Of a DNA stretch of 24,000 bases, positions 7,844-15,323 are shown piece by piece (the stretch's first letter is position 1; each line of letters starts with the position of its first letter). The notes under the pieces were generated by a model. The model did not search any database and was not told the origin of the DNA. It saw only the letters and a list, made by a program, of their open reading frames with translations. The stretch is taken from positions 970,108 through 994,107 of the forward strand of contig NZ_JBQMUL010000002.1 of assembly GCF_052173275.1 (NCBI RefSeq), given 5' to 3'. The DNA comes from Methylophilus sp. GTDB taxonomy: Bacteria; Pseudomonadota; Gammaproteobacteria; Burkholderiales; Methylophilaceae. A program made the position numbers and the translations under genes.

Positions 7844-9292
7844 TTATGCCTGCTGTGGCTGCGCGTCGGATGACAACATCTCGCAGGCTATCGCCCCCAC
7901 ATCACGCACCGCCTGCTCAATGGCTAATGTCCACAGATGGCTGAAATTCAGCCGGATATAGTGGGTGAGGTCTTTTTTGAGGGAAAAAATAGTGCCGGGT
8001 GCGACCGTGATGCCGTTGTCGATAGCGGCCCTGTACAACGTAAGTGCATCCAGCGCTGGTGGCAGTTTGACCCAGATCACGTAGCCGCCTTTGGGTTCTG
8101 AAAGCTGCGTGCCCGCCGGGAAGCTTTGCTCGATCACGTTGCGCATCAACACATAATTCGAGCGCAAGGTATGCCGCAACTGCTTGAGGTGTTGTTCAAA
8201 ACTGTCGCGCTGCATAAATTTGGCAATCGCGATCTGCGGTGCAGAAGTCAGCGACAGGCTGTTGAGGAACATCAGTTGTTCCACTTGCTGGCGATAGCGC
8301 CCGGCGCTGGTCCAGCCAACGCGATAGCCAGGCGCCAGTGATTTGGAGAACGACGAGCAATGCAGCACCATGCCGGTTTTATCATAGGCTTTGGCCGGTA
8401 ACGGCGGCTCATCACTGAAATACAGCTCGCTGTAGACATCGTCTTCAATCAGCGGGATTTCCTGCTCGGCCAAAAACGCCACTAAGGCCTGCTTTTTAGC
8501 GTCCGGCATCACAAAACCAAGCGGGTTCTGAAAGTTGCTGGTGAGGATCACGGCCGCAATACGCACCTGGCCGGTCATGACACGCAAGGCTTGCAGGTCT
8601 ATGCCGGATTCCGGGTCAGTCGCCACTTCAGCCACTTTCATGCCCAGGCGTTCCACCGTGTGCGCCAGTGCGTAATAGCCGGGCGACTCCATGGCTATGA
8701 TATCGCCAGCCTTGGCCACGGCCTGCAAACACAGCGTGATCGCTTCAGTTGCGCCATGCGTGATGACAATATCGTCCGGCGAGACATCCATGCCATTGGC
8801 CAAATAGCGGCGCGCGATCTGCTGGCGCAGCATTTCGTTGCCGGGCGGCAGGTCACTCAGCACGCCCCACTCGCCCTGGTCATCCGTCAGGGCTTTTTCA
8901 TACTGGTGTATCTTTCTGAGCGGGAACAGTTGCGGGTCGGGGAAAGGCGAGCCTAGCGGCACGGTGCCGAATTCGCGGATGGATTTAAGGGTAGTCAGCA
9001 CCAGCCGGCTGGCATCCACTTCAGATAGATTGATATCTTTGGCAAGTGGCGAGGCGTGTTTTTGCTGCAGGCGTTTGCGCAGCGTGACATAGTAACCGGA
9101 TTGCGGATGGCTGCTGATCACGCCTTCCTGCTCCAGCAACAGATAGCTGCGCAACACGGTGCTGATGCTGAGGCCATATTTCTGGCTGGCCTGGCGTACC
9201 GAGAAAATCCTGTCTCCTGGCCGTAAAACGCCTTCATCGATCATTGCGCGTATGCGGGCGGCAAACGAGACATAAAGCTTCATGGTGGCCAA
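7844..9292 (-). CDS. MocR/GabR-type transcriptional regulator (second copy, divergent sequence)
   Basis: 482 aa. It has a GntR HTH (SVRQASQKYGLSISTVLRSYLLLEQEGVI) and an aminotransferase-like domain with SFSKSLAPGYRVGW (PLP Lys retained). Confidence 0.85.
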   Translation of the reverse strand: MATMKLYVSFAARIRAMIDEGVLRPGDRIFSVRQASQKYGLSISTVLRSYLLLEQEGVISSHPQSGYYVTLRKRLQQKHASPLAKDINLSEVDASRLVLTTLKSIREFGTVPLGSPFPDPQLFPLRKIHQYEKALTDDQGEWGVLSDLPPGNEMLRQQIARRYLANGMDVSPDDIVITHGATEAITLCLQAVAKAGDIIAMESPGYYALAHTVERLGMKVAEVATDPESGIDLQALRVMTGQVRIAAVILTSNFQNPLGFVMPDAKKQALVAFLAEQEIPLIEDDVYSELYFSDEPPLPAKAYDKTGMVLHCSSFSKSLAPGYRVGWTSAGRYRQQVEQLMFLNSLSLTSAPQIAIAKFMQRDSFEQHLKQLRHTLRSNYVLMRNVIEQSFPAGTQLSEPKGGYVIWVKLPPALDALTLYRAAIDNGITVAPGTIFSLKKDLTHYIRLNFSHLWTLAIEQAVRDVGAIACEMLSSDAQPQQA

Positions 9293-9319
9293 GCGGGGAG
9301 GAAAATTCAGGTGTTTTCC

Positions 9320-9349
9320 ATTATACGTCAGCCTGGCCCCGGCTGTCGT
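9320..9349 (-). promoter_or_regulatory. Candidate sigma70 promoter for the second MocR gene
   Basis: The minus strand reads ACGACA - 18 nt - TATAAT (perfect -10 at 9325..9320), about 28 nt upstream of the ATG at 9292. Confidence 0.4.
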
Positions 9350-9373
9350 TCTACGAATAGCGCGTCGTGCTGG

Positions 9374-9685
9374 CTAGGCGGTTTTCAAGACCTGCGAAAT
9401 TTCTTCGCCGCTGGTGGTGAGGGCAGCCACCAGACGGTCTTTTTGCATAGACACGTCAACAAGTTGTTGCTCATTGAGTGCCGTCATCAACCGTTGCACC
9501 GTACTCATGCGGATATCCAGCCGCTTGCAGATCACGGCGAGCGAAACCTGCGCGCGGCCTTCAGCATGCTCGGCATGCAGCAGCTCCAGGATACTCAGCA
9601 TCAGCACTGTGCTCCTGTCCAGCGGGGCATAGTCGGCAAACGCTTCTTCTACCGGCGCGTTCAAATAATCGTGATCAAGCAGCAC
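9374..9685 (-). CDS. Small winged-helix (MarR/IclR-N-like) DNA-binding protein
   Basis: 103 aa with an HTH-like segment (VSLAVICKRLDIRMSTVQRLMTALNEQQLV). The GTG start lies inside the last codons of the upstream oxidoreductase gene (11-nt overlap), implying co-translation. Confidence 0.5.
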   Translation of the reverse strand: MLLDHDYLNAPVEEAFADYAPLDRSTVLMLSILELLHAEHAEGRAQVSLAVICKRLDIRMSTVQRLMTALNEQQLVDVSMQKDRLVAALTTSGEEISQVLKTA

Positions 9686-11999
9686 GGGCCACCTCTGGTG
9701 CAGTGGTTTTCTCGAGGATCACCGGGATAGACTTAGAGGTAGGTGTGCGCGACCCATCGGCCACGCTTTCCAGCGGCACCAGGTTATTGGTTTCCGGGTA
9801 ATAACCACTCAGGCAGCCTTGCGGAATATCGTAAGACACCACCAGGAACTTGTCCGCGCGACGGGTGATGCCATCCTGCCAGACGCTGACCAGATTGACC
9901 CAGTCACCGGCCTCCAGCCCCATGCGCGCAATATCCACCGGGTTCATAAACACCACGCGACGCTGGCCGAACACGCCACGATAGCGGTCATCCATGCCAT
10001 AAATGGTGGTGTTGTACTGGTCGTGCGAGCGGGTGGTCATCAGCACAAACAGGCGGTCGCCATATTGCTCACGTGCCAGGTGGATAGGCGACTGGCTGGG
10101 GATCGCCTGCACCGTGAACTCAGCCTTGCCGGAAGGTGTTTTCCAGATACGCTCACTGGAAGGCACCGGCATGCGGAAGCCGCCCGGCGTCTTGATACGT
10201 TCGTTGTAATCCCTGAACGCCACCGGCATGGTGCGCTCTATCATGTCGCGGATCTTGCTGTAATCCTTGATCGCTTCCAGCCACGGCGTTTTGCTGTGCT
10301 TGAGCGTGGCATGCGCCAGGCGCGCCACAATGGCAGGCTCTGAAAGCAGATTCGGCGAAGCAGGTTTGTTGATGCCATAAGACACATGCACCATGCTCAT
10401 GGAGTCTTCAACGGTCACGCCTTGCGGCCCGGTTTCCTGGGTATCGATCTCAGTACGGCCCAGGCATGGCAGAATCAGGGCATCCTTGCCATGTACCAGA
10501 TGGCTGCGATTGAGCTTGGTGGTCACATGCGCGGTCAGGTCGCATTTGCGCATGCCTTCCCAGGTGCGGTCGGTGTCGGGTGTCGCAATCGAAAAATTGC
10601 CCCCCAGCCCAAAGAATACTTTGCCTTTACCATCTATCATGGCCTGGATGGCCGCTACGGCATCATAGCCAGGTGTCTTGGGCACCTTGATATCAAACAC
10701 GCGCTCCAGGCTTTCGAGAAACTCCAGTGGCATCTTTTCATAAATACCCACGGTGCGGTTGCCCTGCACATTGCTATGGCCACGCACCGGGCACAGGCCA
10801 GCGCCTTCCTTGCCAATATTGCCACGCAACAGCATCAGGTTGACCAGTGTTTTAATCGTGGCGACACCATGTTTGTGCTGGGTAATGCCCATGCCCCAGG
10901 TCGCGATCACGCGGTCACCAGTGGCATAAATACGCGCAAGTTCTTCGATCTGCGCCAAAGGCACGCCCGACTCTTCTACGATCAAATCCCAGTTTTCCTG
11001 GCGCGCATCGGCCGCAATCGCCTCAAAGTTGTTGGTGTGCTGCTCGATAAACTCCAGGTCGACCACGCGCTCGGCACCCTGCTTGATCGCTTCGTCATCC
11101 CACTGGATGATGAACTTGATCATGCCTTTGACCAGCGCCAGGTCACCTCCCAGTGTCGGCTGGATAAACAGGTCGCTGATCTTGCTGCCTTTGAAAGAAA
11201 GCATATCAAACGGGCTTTGCGGGTCGGCAAAGCGCTCCAGGCCACGCTCTTTCAAGGGGTTGATCGCCACAATGCGCGCGCCGCGTTTAGCGGCTTCGCG
11301 CAGCTCACCCAGCATGCGCGGATGGTTGGTGGCAGGGTTCTGGCCGAAGATCAGTATGGTGTCGGCATGCTCAAAATCATGCAGAGTCACCGAACCCTTG
11401 CCTATGCCCACGGTAGGCGGCAAGGCCATGCTGGTGGATTCGTGGCAAAGGTTGGAACAATCGGGGAAATTATTGGTGCCGAATTCACGCACGAATAACT
11501 GGTACAGAAAAGCCGCTTCATTCGCCGCACGGCCAGAAGTGTAAAAAATCGCCTCATTCGGGTCGGCCAGGCCGTTCAGGTGTGTCGCCAGCAGCTCAAA
11601 CGCACCATCCCAGGAGACTTCTTCATACTTGTCCGTCACCGCGTTATAGCGCATAGGGTGCGTCAAACGGCCTTCGTTCTCCAGGTCAAAATCGCTCCAG
11701 CCCATCAACTCGGTCACCGTGTGCTTGGCAAAAAACGCAGGCGGCGTGCGTTTGGCAGTCGCTTCAGCAGCCACGGCCTTGACGCCGTTTTCACAAAACT
11801 CAAACGTAGACGTGTGTTCCTTGTCCGGCCAAGCACAGCCCGGGCAGTCAAAGCCATCCGGCTGGTTTTGTGCAAGCAAAGTCATGATCCCCTTCACCGG
11901 GATCTTCTGCAGCGCGAGTTGCGCAGCCACTTGCTTCAACGCACCCCAACCGGCGGCTGGGTGGTGATAAGGCTTGATGGAGGCTTTTTGTTGCGACAT
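9675..11999 (-). CDS. FdhF/YdeP-family molybdopterin oxidoreductase (formate-dehydrogenase-alpha-like)
   Basis: 774 aa. It has an N-terminal Cys cluster (FDCPGCAWPD...FEFCENG), an active-site-like CSNLCHESTS and typical MopB-family blocks. There is a good RBS (TAGGAAAAATG). Confidence 0.8.
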   Translation of the reverse strand: MSQQKASIKPYHHPAAGWGALKQVAAQLALQKIPVKGIMTLLAQNQPDGFDCPGCAWPDKEHTSTFEFCENGVKAVAAEATAKRTPPAFFAKHTVTELMGWSDFDLENEGRLTHPMRYNAVTDKYEEVSWDGAFELLATHLNGLADPNEAIFYTSGRAANEAAFLYQLFVREFGTNNFPDCSNLCHESTSMALPPTVGIGKGSVTLHDFEHADTILIFGQNPATNHPRMLGELREAAKRGARIVAINPLKERGLERFADPQSPFDMLSFKGSKISDLFIQPTLGGDLALVKGMIKFIIQWDDEAIKQGAERVVDLEFIEQHTNNFEAIAADARQENWDLIVEESGVPLAQIEELARIYATGDRVIATWGMGITQHKHGVATIKTLVNLMLLRGNIGKEGAGLCPVRGHSNVQGNRTVGIYEKMPLEFLESLERVFDIKVPKTPGYDAVAAIQAMIDGKGKVFFGLGGNFSIATPDTDRTWEGMRKCDLTAHVTTKLNRSHLVHGKDALILPCLGRTEIDTQETGPQGVTVEDSMSMVHVSYGINKPASPNLLSEPAIVARLAHATLKHSKTPWLEAIKDYSKIRDMIERTMPVAFRDYNERIKTPGGFRMPVPSSERIWKTPSGKAEFTVQAIPSQSPIHLAREQYGDRLFVLMTTRSHDQYNTTIYGMDDRYRGVFGQRRVVFMNPVDIARMGLEAGDWVNLVSVWQDGITRRADKFLVVSYDIPQGCLSGYYPETNNLVPLESVADGSRTPTSKSIPVILEKTTAPEVARAA

Positions 12000-12147
12000 T
12001 TTTCCTACTTGCTTGCGAATAAAGGCTGGGGGCTGGTTAAAGCAGAACAGCGAATAACTACGGATTGAGGATTACAGCCATGCTAAGACAGCCAGCGCAA
12101 GGAAAACAGATACAAAAGCGGGGAATTTTTAGAGTACAGTTAGCAGG

Positions 12148-12265
12148 TGATCTGAGGGAGATCAATAAGCAACATATTGATATTTAAGAAAAATCAAATA
12201 CTACCGAAAACAATTTAATATCAATGAACTTAATTTATTGTGGGAAGATAGTAATAGATCAATAT
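12148..12265. promoter_or_regulatory. AT-rich control region with a palindrome and an ATCAAT hexamer array
   Basis: The palindrome TGATCT-N5-AGATCA spans 12148-12164. Exact ATCAAT occurs on the + strand at 12161, 12220 and 12258, and on the - strand as ATTGAT at 12177-12182. A variant ATCAAATA is at 12193. All lie within about 105 bp upstream of the GGDEF-EAL gene. Confidence 0.3.
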
Positions 12266-12283
12266 TAAATATTCATTCATTTT

Positions 12284-14359
12284 ATGGAAAATATTAAAAA
12301 ACAAAATATTGAAAGCAACCAATACATCCAGACCCTGATCGATAATTTTCCATTCATGGTCTGGCTCAAGGATGCGAACAGCCGCATCCTGGTGGCGAAT
12401 ACTGCCTATGCCAATATGGTGGGCGTCTCTTCAAGTGCCGAACTGATAGGCAAGACCGATTTTGATTTTTTCCCGCCCGATCTGGCGCAGGAATATGTCG
12501 ATGGCGACAAAAAAGCCATGCTCAGCACCTCACCCAGCCCAGTCACCGTGCCGATTAAAAATGCAGAAGGCGAGTATTACTGGATAGAGTCTTATAAATC
12601 TGCCGTGGTGGTCAATGGCAAAGTGGTGGGTTCGCTGGGTTACGCCAGGGATGTCACCGAAGATATCCAGAAAGAGCACGAGTACAAATCCATCGTAGAA
12701 AACTCGTCCAATTGCATCGCCAAGTACAACAAGGACTGCGAGCGCATCTTCCTCAACAATGCCAACTCTTCATTTTATGAAGTGAATGCCAGCAGCCTGC
12801 TAGGCAAAACGCCCTCGCAATATCCAGGTGGCGCATCCGCGATAGCGCTGGAGCAAAGCATACGTGAAGTGTTCCAAAGCGGCGAGAACCAGCATGTCGC
12901 CTTCAGGCTCACCACAAAAAACGGCAAGCACAAGATCATGGATACCGTGCTAACGCCGGAATTCAACGCCATCCACGAAGTCATCGCCGTCATCGCCATC
13001 GGGCAGGATATGACGCAGTCGTATGAAAACCTGGACCGCATCAATAATCTGGCCTATTTTGATTCCATCACCAAACTGCCCAACCGCATCTCGTTGCTTG
13101 AGGTACTGGATCACTGCATCAAACAATCGCAGCAGTCAGCATCCTCATTTGCGTTTCTAATGCTGGACCTGGATGGTTTCAAAGCCGTCAACGATCTACT
13201 CGGGCACGCAGAAGGTGACTTGCTGCTCTACGAAATGGCGAGACGCATTGAACGGGCAGTGCGCCCTACCGATACCGTTGCCCGCCTGGGTGGTGACGAA
13301 TTTGCCATCGTGCTGACAGAAGTCAAAGACCCTAAAAATGCCGGCATCGTCGCCAAAAAAATCTTGGAGGCGATCAAACAACCTATCCTGATCCGCGGCA
13401 CCGAACTGTTTATTTCGGCCAGCATAGGCCTGGTCATTTGCCCCGACCACAGCAGTGACGTCAGTGATATTGTGAAATATTCCGATATCGCCATGTACAA
13501 AGCCAAAAAGCACGGCCGCAACAACTACCAGTTTTATTCGTCCGACCTATCGCAAACCACCATTGAACGCATAGACATCGAACGCTCGTTACGCACCGCC
13601 CTGCAAAACGATGAGTTCCTGCTGCACTACCAGCCGCAGGTCAATTTAGAGACCAACAAAATCGTCGGCGTAGAAGCCCTGCTCAGATGGCACCGCAACC
13701 ACAACGAAATGATCCCTCCCAACCGGTTTATCGGCATCGCAGAAGATTCAGGCTTCATTATCGAGATCGGCGAGTGGATCATGCAAACGGCGTTTAAAGA
13801 TGCCGTCAGATGGAACACGGGCCGCACAGACCCTATCAGCGTCGCCATCAACTTGTCCAGCCGCCAGTTTATCCATAACAACCTGCTCAACTCCATCAAG
13901 CACCTGTTAAAGAAAACTCACTGCAACCCGGCATGGATCACCCTGGAAATCACCGAAAGCCTGCTCCTAAGCGACAGCCTGCATATCCGAAAAACCCTGA
14001 AAAGCCTGGATAGCCTGGGCTTCAGAATCTCCCTCGATGACTTCGGCACCGGCTATTCAGCGCTCAGTTATTTAAACAAATTCCCCGTCAGTGAAATCAA
14101 AATTGATCAGTCATTTGTGCAAGGCATTGCAGATAACAACGACCACAGGCTGATTGTGCAGGCGATTATTTCAATGGCGAAAAGCTTGGGTAAAGAACTG
14201 GTGGCAGAAGGGGTGGAGACGGCAGAACAGGCTAAGTATCTACTAGACTGTGACTGCAAAGTGGTGCAAGGCTTTTACTTTAGTAGACCTAAGCCGTTTG
14301 ATGAAATTGATATGAAAGCATCGTGGGAAACTGCTATTAAAGAAAATAAATCTAGTTAG
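12284..14359 (+). CDS. PAS-PAS-GGDEF-EAL c-di-GMP signalling protein
   Basis: 691 aa with two PAS-like regions. It has an intact GGDEF (RLGGDEF) with an RxxD I-site 5 residues upstream (RPTD). The EAL-domain motifs are intact (EALLRW, DDFGTGYS, EIKIDQSF, AEGVET, QGFYFSRP). Confidence 0.9.
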   Translation: MENIKKQNIESNQYIQTLIDNFPFMVWLKDANSRILVANTAYANMVGVSSSAELIGKTDFDFFPPDLAQEYVDGDKKAMLSTSPSPVTVPIKNAEGEYYWIESYKSAVVVNGKVVGSLGYARDVTEDIQKEHEYKSIVENSSNCIAKYNKDCERIFLNNANSSFYEVNASSLLGKTPSQYPGGASAIALEQSIREVFQSGENQHVAFRLTTKNGKHKIMDTVLTPEFNAIHEVIAVIAIGQDMTQSYENLDRINNLAYFDSITKLPNRISLLEVLDHCIKQSQQSASSFAFLMLDLDGFKAVNDLLGHAEGDLLLYEMARRIERAVRPTDTVARLGGDEFAIVLTEVKDPKNAGIVAKKILEAIKQPILIRGTELFISASIGLVICPDHSSDVSDIVKYSDIAMYKAKKHGRNNYQFYSSDLSQTTIERIDIERSLRTALQNDEFLLHYQPQVNLETNKIVGVEALLRWHRNHNEMIPPNRFIGIAEDSGFIIEIGEWIMQTAFKDAVRWNTGRTDPISVAINLSSRQFIHNNLLNSIKHLLKKTHCNPAWITLEITESLLLSDSLHIRKTLKSLDSLGFRISLDDFGTGYSALSYLNKFPVSEIKIDQSFVQGIADNNDHRLIVQAIISMAKSLGKELVAEGVETAEQAKYLLDCDCKVVQGFYFSRPKPFDEIDMKASWETAIKENKSS

Positions 14360-14380
14360 CATTAATGGAAATTCGCTCTT

Positions 14381-15310
14381 TTATTTCTTACCTTCATAAG
14401 CATCGACAATAAAAGCCTTAGCCTTTTCTAAATCGTCAAAGGTTGAAATAGTAAATTCAATGTCACCTGTACCCCAATGTCCTATTTCGCGAACATCACG
14501 AAAATTGTCAGGGAAATTTGAATATGCTGAAGGATTAAGATGTAAAAACAGAAGAATCTTGTTTTTCTGTAACACTACTGTGGCGAAATTCTTAATGCGC
14601 TTGAAAGCAGAATAAAGCTTGAGCTCTTTCTTTTCAATATCATCACCCAAGGAAAAAATATACTCTTCAAGTGAAGATAACACCTGCATCAATTCAGGTG
14701 ACAAATCGACGATCCATTCCGCATAACTCTTATCACCGGTCTTAGTAAGCTTGGTTCCAGCTAAAACTTTGGCTGTTTTTGGGCTAATCTTATTGCTTTG
14801 ACCTGCCGAGGTTGAGTTCACCAATTCAAACAACAGCAAATCATCTTCAAATAATCTGTAGCGGATTAGCTGTATTTCGCGATTCATTTGCTGAACAGCA
14901 TGAGCATCATACTTCGTAAAATCTCCAGCAATACAGACTAAACGTGGTTGTGACCAATCGATGGTATCAGAAACTAACTGACCATACTTTTTCATGACCA
15001 AGAGTTCAAACTCAGCTTTATGATCCATTAACCAATCTAAATAAAATAAACCTTGGTTAATGACATTTTCGCCCGTCGAACGCTTGTATTCCAAAATCAC
15101 TGGACTACCATTTTCATCAATGCCTAAGCTATCAATGCGTCCAGCGTGGGTTTTGCCAGTTGAATATTCTGTTGCTAGAAATCTGACCCCTAATAATGTT
15201 TCTAGATTTGTTTCTATTAATGTTTGCAATGGCTTTTCAAGGTCCGAGGCAGACCCTGTGAGCTCCGTCGCGGCTTGATTCTTTATTTTGAAAAGTTTTA
15301 TATCGCTCAT
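14381..15310 (-). CDS. NucS/DUF91-like PD-(D/E)xK nuclease-fold protein with DUF5655-like C-terminal domain
   Basis: 309 aa. The nuclease-fold motif set is E48 ... GRID60 ... E74-Y-K76 ... Q86xxxY90 (GRIDSLGIDENGSPVILEYKRSTGENVINQGLFY). The C-terminal block KLYSAFKRIKNFATVVLQKNKILLFLHL...VREIGHWGTGDIEFTI matches my memory of DUF5655. It is the last gene of the hsd operon, 13 nt after the hsdM stop. Confidence 0.6.
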   Translation of the reverse strand: MSDIKLFKIKNQAATELTGSASDLEKPLQTLIETNLETLLGVRFLATEYSTGKTHAGRIDSLGIDENGSPVILEYKRSTGENVINQGLFYLDWLMDHKAEFELLVMKKYGQLVSDTIDWSQPRLVCIAGDFTKYDAHAVQQMNREIQLIRYRLFEDDLLLFELVNSTSAGQSNKISPKTAKVLAGTKLTKTGDKSYAEWIVDLSPELMQVLSSLEEYIFSLGDDIEKKELKLYSAFKRIKNFATVVLQKNKILLFLHLNPSAYSNFPDNFRDVREIGHWGTGDIEFTISTFDDLEKAKAFIVDAYEGKK

Positions 15311-15323
15311 GCTTAACCTGTTG

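Noticed and set aside
7762-7847. Small hairpins at the convergent MocR/MocR junction (TAGCG-caag-CGCTA at 7762-7775, and ATAAAGC-N7-GCTTTAT at 7827-7847)
   Set aside because: The stems are short, AT-rich or tiny, and lack a proper adjacent U-tract. The second overlaps a stop codon. They are not convincing terminators.
9311-9801. + strand ORFs of 139, 72 and 107 aa opposite the wHTH gene and the ydeP 3' end
   Set aside because: They are antisense shadow ORFs. Part of the region is better explained as the promoter of the second MocR gene and the wHTH CDS.
10386-11498. A 370-aa + strand ORF, plus neighbouring + strand ORFs at 9819-10343, 11029-11544 and 11580-12068
   Set aside because: These are entirely antisense to the well-supported YdeP-family gene. 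Their Arg/Ala/His-rich, low-complexity translations are typical of shadow ORFs in GC-rich coding DNA. They have no RBS or recognisable motifs.
14221-14359. GC drops to about 38% (hand count) in the last 140 nt of the GGDEF-EAL gene, raising the idea that the island junction lies inside the gene
   Set aside because: The 5' end of the same gene is similarly AT-rich, and non-conserved termini often are. The conserved QGFYFSRP motif is intact. The evidence is insufficient without comparison to orthologues.
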